Assembly (NCBI GenBank): GCA_030704615.1
Contig: CM060733.1
Location: 67,642,001 to 67,706,000 of the forward strand
Source: Takakia lepidozioides
Lineage: Eukaryota > Plantae > Bryophyta
Length of the DNA stretch: 64,000 nucleotides
Reading direction: 5' to 3'
Part shown: positions 24,757 through 36,294 of the stretch, piece by piece
How positions within the stretch are numbered: the first letter of the stretch is position 1
Layout: every line of letters begins with the position of its first letter
Position numbers and translations under genes: made by a program
Notes under the pieces: generated by a model
The model's input: only the letters and a program-made list of their open reading frames with translations
Told to the model about the DNA's origin: nothing
Databases searched by the model: none

Positions 24757-25340
24757 CACTAGTAGGAATCGTCGAAATAACGACTCAAGAAATGACTAGA
24801 TACCTGGTCGTTTCAGTCAAAAAATGACTGGGCGACTACGAGTCCGAAAGGACAAGACCGATCGGACAGCCTAGTCGTAACGGTCATTACGTGGTCGGAG
24901 TCGTTCCAGTCAGTCATGACGCCGACTGCGGGGTAAGCGTTGCCGTGCACGGCATTGACCAAATCTTGGACCTTGACCACAGTGGACTTTTGAACGGGGG
25001 GTTGCGACTTCCCCACCGTGCGTACGCCGGGAATACAGCTGCGTGGCTAGGTGTGAAAACTCCACGTGTTCTCTTGGAGACAGGACATGCGCCGTAGCCG
25101 CGTTGCTTCACGCACCTGAATAGTTACGATCTCGTACTACACGAGAGCTAACCACTAGTTCAAAAATAACTAGCAAGTCGTTTCAACGACTGCAAGGTCA
25201 GACGGCGAAGTTGTGAACTACATCTCGGAGTGCTGGACTCGTAGTAGCGACCGGACTAGCGGTTACCTTCAAGGACACGCGTGGCTTTCCAGGTGTCGCC
25301 TATTCTCCTGCAAGCTATTCTAACCGCCTAACTAACTAAC
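24757..25340 (-). mobile_element. CACTA terminus (CACTAGTAGGAATC) with subterminal repeats, downstream of the minus-strand CACTA ORF2
   Basis: CACTA start followed by many (C/T)GACT/AGTC(G/A) motifs; near-identical terminus at 41865. Confidence 0.7.
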
Positions 25341-26969
25341 TGTCATCCAAGACAGAACGCACGTTCGCACGTGGCGCAGTGAGTTGTCTGCTGGATGCCT
25401 TCACGATTTGCAAGTGGAGTCGACAACTGGAGTGTTGAAGTGACAGATGCAACTGGAGGTTTGAAATGCACTACCTCACTAGTGACATACATCGACTGTG
25501 GGTTGGGAACCAGGCACTCACGCTGGTTGCACTGACTTGGGGGCTGCGACTTGTAGTTCATACATGTGCAATATTGTTTCTCCTGTCTCTGAATAGCAAC
25601 ACAGATGCTACGATTGATCTACTACGGCATTGCAACCAACACAATCCCTGCAGACTCGGGATGATCATGTCATTGCGTATGTGATTCAGACTTCAAAACA
25701 TACAGACCATGCCATCAATGCACGAAATCAAATGAACTGCATGAAGAAGAGCATGTGACAATGTATTAAGACAACACCTCAAAACTGCCCCATACATAAC
25801 GACCAAGATTGGAACAAAAGTACAAGCTCTCGCATATGGTTCTCCTGCACCTAACTTAGAGTTCACTTCACGCCGTCAGCCTTTCTTAGGCTGCGGACAG
25901 GCCACAGAGTGAAATTGCCCTTCGAGTGCGAAAGATGGGTCTGTGGGGGATGATCGTTGAGGTCTGGATAAGGTAGCGCCACCTTTCCATTGGCAACATC
26001 TGTAACCTTGATCTTGTACCAGCCCGTCGGTATGTCTTTTCCATGAAACTTGCCTATACCTGCGACTCCGCACACGTGCCCTGTGGCAGCAGCCGCCTTC
26101 GCCCATTTGTCTTCAGGATTCAGTAGAAACAGTACCTCCCCCATCTGCATGCAATTGGAAGTCATAATCAGAATGCCAGAATTGAAAACCCTCAAAGCAA
26201 AGCATACCCTAGAGTTAATTTACAGTGTAGTGCCCAGAGTGGGTTTTCCCTTGCTCGGTCATCCATGAGAACCTCCCCCATGGACACAGACTGGAAACAA
26301 GTTCAGGGTTTAGGTCTGCCTAACTTCTGCGTTCATCAGACAAATTCCGGGCAACAGACAAGGCTGTGGACACTACACCCCCTAGTTGATAGATTCAGGA
26401 GAGCGTCTCTCTGGTGAGGGAACACACCGCACGGTGAATCCGATAATGAATACTGTCGCCATGTTGCCCACACAACATACAGATGCACCCTGGCTTTCCT
26501 CTTTCCTTCTTATTGCTGTTCATAGGCACAAACCAAGACGCAGAAGTGGTTACAAACCCCACCTGCCCTGACAATTTGGATTTAGAAACCCGGCAGTGAC
26601 TCAGAAAATGGAGTGCATCAAATAGTGAATCAGAAAATGACTACTGCCGCAAGGTTGCCCACACAACATACAATTGCAGTCTCCCTGGATTGTTGCCTTC
26701 TATCTGCTGTTCAAAGGCAGGCGTCCCGCCCTCCGCCTGGTGTATTTTCAGTCTAGTGCCAAGAGTGGGTAAATTCTTGGCAGGGTCATCCATGCGGCCC
26801 TCCCTCGTGTCACAGACTGGAAACAACCTAAGGGAAGTGGTCTGCCTAGCTCTGTTTTCATCAGACAATTTCCTGCCAACAGACAAGGCTGTGCACACTA
26901 CACCCCCTTCACAGATTTCAGGAGACCCTCTCTCTGCTGAGACAACACCCCGGACAGTGAATCAGAAAA

Positions 26970-27143
26970 AAAAGTATGACGCCTCCCGAAGGGAGCGTAA
27001 CTTATGGTGTCACTTGACCCTGAAGGGCTACTGCCTTCCAGCAGGAAGGTGGACACCTTCATGACACACCAGACGGTGGTTTGAACCCACAACCACATCC
27101 AACGTGGTATGTGCCCATTACCACTGGGCTACATGCTGGTTGT
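26970..27143 (-). mobile_element. tRNA-derived SINE, copy 3 (complete, ~174 bp)
   Basis: Perfect 15-bp TSD CAGTGAATCAGAAAA (26955-26969/27144-27158); A and B boxes; T tail. Confidence 0.95.
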
Positions 27144-27644
27144 CAGTGAATCAGAAAATGAGTACTGTCGCCAGGTTGCCCACACAACATACAAAATTTT
27201 GCACGACACCAAGTTCATGTTTGCTTCTATCTACTGTTCAAAGGTAGACTTACCGCCCTGAGAAACAAAACTGAGGACTGTAGCAAACCAGAACCAAACC
27301 ATGTATTCAATACCCAACAGCCAGCCCCCCAAAAAAACCCCAAACACCCAAATGTAGGAAGGAAAACGATTACCTTGAACCCGGCAGATGCAGACTCCTG
27401 GGGGGCAGTCACGGCCGCTTGATGATGCGTGCTGACCCTCTGGTACAGAATGATCTTCTTCGCAGGGGACCCACCTTCCACATTCTTTGATGCCTGCACA
27501 CATGCCGCGATGGATCATGAGCGTGGCATCGACACTTTGCTGACAGCATTGCTAAGCTGAAAGCTTCAACACAAACATGCATGGGCAGATACTTTTACCT
27601 GGCGAGCAGCTGAATTCTCCGCAAGGCCAGCGGGCTCTTTAGCA

Positions 27645-28240
27645 CTAGGCGTGCCAGTGGGTTGTTCTTTCCAGGCCACCTGTCGTGATTTGGTCAAAGA
27701 ACCGACATCTGCTGCAAAATGGCCACAGAATTTCCAGTAAGTAATCCGATCCATCTGCCTCCAAGGTGGAGGCAGTTACATCAAAAGGTACGGGATTTAT
27801 CATGTTATGAGGGGAGTTCCCCATCCCCTTGTGTGGTGAGTCATCCACAAGTAGAGTATTGGATGCATCAAACATTGGGAATGCATCCCACACTCTACTT
27901 AGACATTTCTGTAAATTGGGAACATGTGCCCCTTTTGTAGGGTGAGGACTTGACAAAGTGTCGCATTGGTCTGCTGACCGCGTGAAGAGTGGCTCTCCCT
28001 TCACCCCTTGCATCAACACTCTCACGACGTCGGCCACATTATGCTTCACAGCACAGGACCAGAAACCAACATGGAAATGCCGCAGGGCCAAATTCATAAA
28101 CTCGGCTACATGAGGTCGTGGGAAAACCCACTTCTTCAATGTCATGACACAAGACCAGCTCAGCCGAGGATTGGGCTGGAATACGGGCAAGGAGTGACAC
28201 AAAATGCCGTTCAGGTCAAGCTTGGACTTCAACATGACAT
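27645..28240 (-). other. FCP1/NIF (HAD-superfamily) phosphatase-like domain within the CACTA ORF2
   Basis: LDLNGIL, FPRPHVAEF, FHVGFWS, KCLSRVW, NTLLVDDSPHK..N.I motifs. Confidence 0.8.
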
Positions 28241-30879
28241 CATCTGGCACAGGGGAAGTCTGAATGTGGCTCACCTCTGTCTCTTTCGTGTCATCCTTAC
28301 CCACCTCCTTGGCACTTTTTGACCCTCCATTGTCAACATCCAGCTCCCTGGGCTCACCCTCGTGTATGGATGCATTCCCTTTGCCCCTGGCACTTGCAGT
28401 GACATCCCCCCTCATTGGATGTCTGTTTCCCAACTCTACCTCATTCACCTTCTCCCCATCGCCAACTGCAATTACCTTAGGGCTGCCGGGCCTGCTCTCA
28501 ATAACCGCCTCCACCGTGACCCAAGCTGAGGAGGCCGCTGTCTGGGCTTGAAGAAGTTTCAGCACGTCCGCCAATTGCTGCTCCATATGGGGAAGTTTTG
28601 ACAAAACAAACTTATGGTCCTCCTCGGACTTTGCCATTCGGACCTCCATGGCTGAGAAGTACTCTAGTGCCAACAATGGGTTGACCCTTTCAGGTCATCC
28701 ATGATGTTCTCCCCCATGTCACAGACTGGCATCAAGTTCAGGGAAGTTTTCTGCCTAACTTCATTTTCATCAGACAATTTCCTGACAACAGACATGGCTT
28801 TGGACACTACAGCCTCTTCATCCCTCTCCTCTACCGTTGAATGTCACCACTGCTTCCCCGAAAGCCAGCTTGGCATTCGTGGAAACAACCTCTACATTCC
28901 AGATCAATCTCGAGACAAGTACTTATATAACTCTGCAAAATAAAGGACGATATCCAGGGCCTCTATCACGGGATCGCAACCGTGCTTAGCGGCAAACAGA
29001 AAAGACCAACCTACCGCATCAAAAAAACAGGCCAATGGCTGGAGAGCCGGGGAAAATGAAGGATGACATGACTATTACCCGGCTCAGAAGCGTGACTTCC
29101 GAAGTGGTCCCACCATCAGCCGACGGTAGCACTTGCCCAAGTTCGGAAAGAGATGAGCTGCGCTCCTTCTTCTTCTTCTGCATTCCCCCACATTACCACG
29201 TTGCAATCCTTGGATCAAGAGGCATGCTGGTTTCAGACAGCGGGAATTGAAAAAAGGGCAATGATAGAAAAGCAAAACAGTAATATACAAGTAGGTCTGT
29301 CATTCCCCACGTACCAACTGGACAAAGCCAACACACAGGGGAGTTAAGTGAAATTGCACCTAAGAGTACCGTTCAAACCCAAAAAAAGAAACCCTGCAAA
29401 CTCATGCGCGCAACGTACTCTAACCAAACCATGCAAAACTCATGCAAATCTAAAAAAATCCTAACGAGTGACTGGTAGCCTGACTGAGACAGCTAATTAC
29501 TGACTGGTTGATTGACTGAATGACCGGCTGGGCGACTGACTGACTGGCTGACAGCGGAAGTGAGTGCTACAAATAAATGAATTCAACTGGTAACAGAGAC
29601 AGGTGGAAATTGAATTTGCGTTACCATACGGGCATGAGCCCCAGCAATCCCGCTGCGGCCTCAATGTGATAGCTTCCCCACGCGTGCCCGTGCGTCCTCC
29701 ATCGCACTCAACTTAGCTTTGCCACCGGGGGACCCCAGTACTCAACGAGGGATTTCCAAACACGGGGTTCAATAGCCAGGGGCCGTTCTCCTGTTTTCTC
29801 CCAGATATCTTTAATCTTCTGCGTTTGCCTTTCATTATCTTCCCTGTCACCTTCAGAACGTACTCCGCCTTGACGGGGATCGAAATGTACTCGTATGCAA
29901 AGTCGATGCTGTCCAAAACAGTCGTCACAGCTGACTTGTCTTGTTGGTCGATGTGTCGGACACTCGTGTCGAAGTACCTCAACGCCGTGACCGCAAATCC
30001 CACTGCCAATTGTCTTTGCCGGCGCAGGCTGCATCGATTTGCCCGTTGGGATTTACCTCCACCTTGTGCATTTTCTTCCCATCCGCCACCCTGGCAGCTC
30101 CTTCTCCTTCCCACGCCCGTTGAATTTGACGGCGTTCCTTTCTGAGCTGCGAAGGACGGTTGGTGGTGTCGTACACTTCAGGTTCGTTCACCTTTCCTGC
30201 AGGGGGGAATGACCACGTTCCGCTGGGGGGAGGGGCGTATGAAGGAGTGGGAGGCGGCACCCACTGGGTTGTGCCCTACTGGTCTGCAGCCTCGAGCCAC
30301 TGCCATTGACCTCGACGAGGTGGCGGAGCCCATGGTTGGGTTTGCAAGGACCACCCGCCAGCAGGGGGTTGCCAGGGTTGTGGATTGTACCGTGGTGCCT
30401 ATGTGCAACTGGCTGGAAACCCCTGTGTGTACGATGGGGGAGGTTGTTGGGGAGGCGGTCGAGTCTCCCAAGGTGGCAACCCAGGTGCCGCAGTTCAGTC
30501 TGCAATGGCTGGCGCTCCCGGAGCCTGCCTCTGCGAGCACGCCCAACAAAAGAGGTCCTTCAATGCTGCAAACCCAAAAAAATCCTACGAACCCCACAGA
30601 CTCCTGCTGCAAAAAATACCCTACAAACTCATGCTGCCCCAAAAACCCTACAAACAAACCCCACCTGCCTTGACAAAGCATTTACAGTCCCTGCAGTGAC
30701 AAACAAAACAAGGCCGAAAGTGGGTAAAGCGTTCACGTCATCCATGGTGCCCTCCCCTATGTCAAGACTGGAAACAAGTGTCGGGAAGTGGTCTGCCTAA
30801 CTTCATTTTCATCACACAATTTGCTGGCAGAAGACAAGGCTTTGGACCCTACACAATTGCATTCTCGGGTACTGTTTCC

Positions 30880-32400
30880 TTCCTTCCCTTCCTACACATA
30901 CCTGGGCGTTGATGCAATCCTTCAATTGTAACTGGGATGCACATATTCAGAAAGTTGTTCAAACTGGCAAGGGCAAAGCGCTGGGTCTCACTAAATTTGC
31001 CGCATGCAGAGGGATCAACTCTGAGGTCAATAAAACCTTGCTTTGTCACGTTATCAGACCTGCCTTGTAGTACGCATCTGCAATATGGGTTCATAACTCC
31101 AACCAGGCTAAGTCTGAATAATCCATTCAAGTGGGGGTGCTTAAGGAGTGTATGTCAGCATGCTCCACAGCAGCCAATGTGGCTGGCCAAACAGAGTTGG
31201 CCACCCTTCCTTGAGCCAACGACGACATGAATTCAAGGTCAGATGCTGGGGTCAGTTCCAACAGATGTCCAATACCAGACATCCTAAATTAATAGACTCT
31301 ATACCTTAGAAACAGGACCGCCCTGTCAAACAGGCTAAGTCATGGCAGAAGAGAGTAGAAGAGATTCTCAAGGATCTGAACCTGGATGCGCAAGTCTTCA
31401 CCCCGCTGGATAAATCGGACTTAGAGGCTGTAGTGTCCAAAGCCATGTCTGTTTCCAGAATATTGTCTGATGGAAATGAAGTTAGGCAGAATATTTCCCT
31501 AAACTTGTTTGCAGTCTGTGACATGGGGGAGGACATCATGGATGACCTGAAGGGTCCACCCACTCTCGGCACCAGACTAAAATTTAAACTCAGGGCTGGA
31601 AGCCTACCTTCGAACAGCAAACAGAAGCAGAGAGGAAAGGGAGAGTGCAATTGCCCGTCACAGGGTGGGCAACCCGAAGACAATATTCATTTCCTGATTC
31701 AGGGTCCGGGAATTTATAGTCTTGTGCCGAGAGTGGCCTGCCTAACTTCAAGCTTTTCAGACAATTTCGGGGCAAAAGACAAGCATTCGGACACAACACC
31801 CCCTTCACAGATTTCAGGAGAGAGTCTCCCTGGTGAGACAACCCCGGACAGTGAATCGGAAAATGAATATTGTCTGCAGGTTGGCCACACAACATACAAT
31901 TGCACTGTCCCTTTCCTCTTTCCATCTAATTCCTGTTCAAAGGTAGGCTTCCTGCCCTTCTACTTAATTTCCAGTCTAGTGCCAAGAGGGGGTAAACCCC
32001 TGAGGTCATTCATGATGTCCTCCCCGTGTCACAAACTGGAAATAAGTTCAGGGAAGTGGTCTGCCTAACTTCAGATCCTTGAAACCTCTTCCACTCTCTG
32101 CCAGGCCTTTGCCTGTTTGACATGGCGACCCTGTCAGGGAAATTTAGAGCCAATTACCTTACGATATATGATGTTGGACATACGTTGCAGCAGACCCCAC
32201 CATCTGACGTTCAATTCATCTCACAAGGAGCTTAAGGAAAGCATGCCAAACAGCCATATTGGGAGCATGCTGACATGCCCTCCTTACGCACCCCCACTTC
32301 ATTGGAATCTACATAATTTAGCCTGGTTGGAGTTGTGAATCCATACTGCAGATGCGTACTCGCAGGTACTTGGAATAATACGACAAAGCATGGTTTCTTG
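30880..32400. mobile_element. Rearranged non-LTR RT-thumb and CCHC fragments in both orientations; related pieces at 26220-27260, 28690-28820 and 30715-30860
   Basis: Plus strand YTYLGV..WDAHIQKVV..IRPAL*YASAIW; homologous copy on the minus strand at 32060-32400; CNCMLCGQPADNIHFPIHC units. Confidence 0.6.
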
Positions 32401-32929
32401 ACCTCTCAAAACCCTACTAACCCCACATTGCGAAAGAAAAGCCCACTGGGAAGGAAAGAAAGCCCACTTACCAGTGGAGGTGCATGGGCAGCCACCTTGC
32501 GCCGTTTGCCCGTATCGGGGTTCGGCATGGGAGCTGGGCCTCTCTTTTCGGCGGAGCTCTCCACCTCCTCCTTCCCCTCCCCTGCCAATGGCTGGTAGTC
32601 GTCGGTGTCCGTATCACCCGACGACTCGTGAGGCCGAGCTGCCCGCACTAAGTTTGCCGCAGGTCCTTCATGGCCAGTCGGGGGCTCCGACTTTGCAGGC
32701 GAGGGAGTTGCAACGCCAGTTTTCCGCGGGGTAGTTGCACGCTAAGGTGGACCCAAAACCCGGCAGATAATGCTTCCATGGAAGTCCATGACCAAATTTA
32801 AAATTAATGATATTTTTTTAAATAATTTTAAATGATAATAGACAATGGTATATTTAACATTTTTAATAAAGGGACTTATCTCAAACATCAAATATAATTT
32901 TTACTATAAATTTTAATCTTTAATCTGAA

Positions 32930-33011
32930 GAGAGATGGCTCCGGCCGCGGCCGGCGTAACTAAGAGCCACTTCGCCTTTCGGCTACTGCCCCTTTCGGGG
33001 GAGGGCCCTAT
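32930..33011 (-). mobile_element. 82-bp insertion made only of the Dualen-like structured 3' end
   Basis: 13-bp TSD TCTTTAATCTGAA; absent from the sister MITE at ~47460. Confidence 0.9.
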
Positions 33012-33379
33012 TCTTTAATCTGAATAAGATTTGATATATCAGAAATTAGAATTTGCATTGATTTGTCCATATACAACCAAGCCACTGTAGATTATATTTT
33101 TGTATCCTTTGCAGTAAAATATGACACCGCAAAAGCCCAAAACACAAGATGTACTAAACTAGAACAAATCCACCTATATATAACATCCATATTAGTCCTA
33201 ATAAATGACAACTGATATTGTCATTTTAAATTGAAATCTAGATTGTTCTCTAAATTGGCCCCCTTACCTCAAAAGTTCAAAACAATACACCAAAAGCACA
33301 ATGGCTTATTTTGAGTCCATATATTTCCATTTGCAGCGGTAACAGTCCACAGTTGTCGTGTTCAAAAGTCCATAGCTCT

Positions 33380-33452
33380 GAGAGAGAGAGAGAGAGAGAT
33401 GACTCCGACCGAAGCCGGCGTAACTAAGAGCCACTTCACCTTGCTGCTACTG
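33380..33452 (-). mobile_element. 73-bp insertion of the Dualen-like 3' end with a (TC)n tail
   Basis: 8-bp TSD ATAGCTCT; absent from the sister MITE at ~47830. Confidence 0.9.
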
Positions 33453-33879
33453 ATAGCTCTTCGACATTTTATTGGATATCCAGCATGAAAAATATTTCTC
33501 AGTATTATTCATTATATTAAAATTAATTCATGATATCATGCACGACAATCACTGAAAACTGTGCCGGTAACGCAATTTTTGGTCCACCTTAGCATGCATC
33601 TACCCCGCGCCTCTCTAACGACAGACATGGACACGAGAGAGAAAAGGCAAGACAGGGAGGGAAGAAAAAGCACAGGGAGGGAAGAGAAAGCAAAGAGAAA
33701 ATGCGCAACAAACCAAAAATACAAGTCGACAGGAGAAGACAAGACATGGAGGGAAGACAAACAGAGGAGAGACGCGCAAAAAACAAAAGTCCAAGGAGAC
33801 ATGGAATGAAGGTCGCTTGCGCATCCAACCGTCCATTTGAATTAAAGTACACGTGTCAATAATCCACAAACCCGGGACC

Positions 33880-36294
33880 GGATTTAAGTTGTTTCCAAGT
33901 GCGAACTGCCAGTTCAAACTAAACCAAAAATAGTGGGGCGAGTGACTACAGCAAGTTCCGAAGAACAACTTTATTAAGTCATGAAAAAACTGCACCGCAG
34001 TCCAGCACACAATTTGGAGACCAACTTCACAACTGCACAGTTGGACTACCAAGAGCTTCAAAATCTTGCCTACATTCAAAATAGAGAGTGTCAACCGTGC
34101 ATGGCAATGGCGACTTGCACCCTCTGCGAATCATTGAAGGTCAGTCGGCTGAATTTTCGGCCATTGCTCGCCGGTACATCTTACTCAGTACTACCATCAG
34201 CATGCATTACACCATGGAGTGACATCAGACAAACATAGCAATACGCTCGATTTAACTCCTCACAATCACACATGTAGCCACAACAGAAAAAACTGTTACG
34301 TCTTGCGAAAGAAGCAATGCACCTCCAACCCACATGTATTATGTCATATTGAATAAAGCAATGCAGGGTTCTAATCCCTTAAATCACCTGTCTTAGTGAT
34401 CTCCCATGCACCAAGTGGACATGGAAGGCCCAATATTTTGTACCACATTGCGTACTCGTACAACAGTGGGTACTTCTTGCCAGTCTGCAGAAGCCTCTTG
34501 GTGCAAGCGGCAAGTCGGGCGAATTCGGGAACAGCCTTGCGCCGATGCACTCCACTTTGTGTTACACGGCTGTTTGGGACTTAGACGATTTACAAGTTCT
34601 GTGGGGTACCCTTAATTTTGCACAGACATGGCTCTGCTGCCATTAGAAGTTTAATCGGCCCTTAGGAATGCTGCGAGTTTTGTTTTCTTGAATTCTCCCG
34701 TTCTTGGTTGTTGTACTAAGGAGACCTCCTACTTGCCCGATAAAAATAGTACATCGTGGCACTAGCAGTGCCACGTGCCACATCGGCGCATCGCGAGGGA
34801 CGAGAGTATACGTTTCCCTGGACCTTTCAAGTGTAAGTGCGATGTGCGATTGTCACGTAAGCTTTGCGCTTTCCCGCCATCGTTGCAAGCTTTGGGCTTT
34901 CGCGCCATCGTTCACCTTGTTGCGAGCACGCATGGCCTCTCCCTCGCGCTGGTCTGTGCGGGACTCCGCGGATCTCTTTGCAAATGCGGCATCAACTGTA
35001 AGCTCATTACTGTGCAAAGTGAGCGCTTAGGCTTCTTGAAACGCTCATCGCATCTTGCAGGGGGCACTTAGGAGGCATTGTTCGCCGCGCTTTCCAGCTT
35101 CTCCGTGCGAGGCGCCTTCCAGGTCCTTGCCGCTCTTGTTGACTTTGCTCCGTGCTTAACTTCCGCGGCTTTTTGCATTGCATCGATCCTTGATCTTGAG
35201 TGCGGCCTGTCTCCAGGAGGACAAGGTGAATACATGAACGCTGCAGTGATTGCTCTCTTATACAGCTCCTGCTCTTTCTTTACTTTTCAGCACGTTTCTT
35301 TCTCTCATGTGGCTGCGTAACTAGCTTCATTTCCATATCTTTCTTCGTCTTTCCCCATGCAACAACTACTAGCGCTCATGGTAGACTATTTTTGAAGTAA
35401 GTGAAAAGGAGAATTGTATTACAGATGTGGGTGGGGCCATTTCTGAAATACTTGGTGGCTCTGCTGCAGAAGAACTGGCCGTCTGTAGGATACGTGCTTG
35501 CGGGGGGCCTGGTATTGTCCGTCAGAAACAGAGACAGAGCCCCTAACTTCTTTTTTGATTGGCTTCTTCTGATTCGCCACAGACAATCTTTCACTATAAT
35601 TGCTTGGAATTCGCTTTGGGAAACGGATCTTATTAACCTGCTCCCCTCTTGCTGATCTCCAAGTTTGTGCTGCAAGATTGATTCATGCCTGCAGGCCTTA
35701 GGCAATTCTGTATCTGTCATCTTTTTGGTTCAGCAATAGGAAGTGTTCACTAAAAGTAAAATGGGATGGAACACAGACATTGGAAGACTATGTGACACAT
35801 TTCAGATGTGTGTATAAGGACTCCCTCTTCGCCAGGCCCGTCCCAAAAACCACCACATAAAGATGTGTGTTAGTGAGGATGCATCAGGTGAGTGGCATGA
35901 GCGTGGAGTTCACACATCAGGAGGGGGCGGGAAAAGCAGCAATGCGAATTGTTTATAGGTAAACCACAGCCAATGTTGTATGCAAAACCTGGGAAATGCG
36001 GCACCGCATTCGCACTTTGTGTTTTGGGTTGCACTATGCAAATACATTGTTCAAAACCTGTACCGACGCATGCGGAAGTATGTATGTGATTCCGCGGAAG
36101 AGAGCGATGCAGACAAGGAGGACGACGACCCAACGGAGGTCAGATGGTCAGTTCCTCAAGGGGAAGTTGGGATCTTCGAAAGCTTAGCCAACGATCAGTC
36201 TGCTGAACATAACAAAGAAGATGAGGGGGTGGAAGGGGAGCAGGACAGTCAAGGACAGGATGAGGAGAGTGATGATGATTTCCAAGATGGCTAG
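33880..36294 (+). pseudogene. Heavily decayed ORF, possibly a hAT-type transposase with an acidic tail
   Basis: Fragments SGASDYSKFRRTTLLSHEKT (like the G..F..L..HE.S..H zinc-finger tail of ZNF862-type hATs) and HERG..KSSNANCL (like the hAT CERGFS..K..RN.L dimerisation motif); weak. Confidence 0.3.
34560..35320 (+). mobile_element. LTR-like insertion whose first ~70 bp match the start of the LTR at 56082
   Basis: TGTTA..CTGTT.GGGACTTAGAC..TCTGT.GGGTACCCTTAATTTT(T)GCACAGAC is shared; right end and TSD unresolved. Confidence 0.45.

Larger units (their letters stand above)
25863..32650 (-). pseudogene. Multi-exon CACTA ORF2 (TnpA-like) gene with an internal FCP1/NIF-like domain and a C-terminal Tnp1/En/Spm-like domain
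   Basis: Candidate exons ~32650-32472, 30566-29625, ~29200-29078, ~28690-27599, 27494-27375 and 26144-25863, most junctions with GT/AG signals; last exon ATGHVCG..GKFHGKDIPTGWYKIKV; frameshifts in the large exon. Confidence 0.6.
32730..33604. mobile_element. MITE / non-autonomous TIR element, copy 1 (carries two short LINE-tail insertions)
   Basis: TIR GGTAGTTGCACGCTAAGGTGGACC...GGTCCACCTTAGCATGCATCTACC; AT-rich interior; flanks CCGCGG/CCGCGC; colinear with 47285-48020. Confidence 0.9.

Noticed and set aside
26970-27143. Functional tRNA gene
   Set aside because: A and B boxes are present but there is no canonical cloverleaf; TSDs, tail and multiple copies show a SINE
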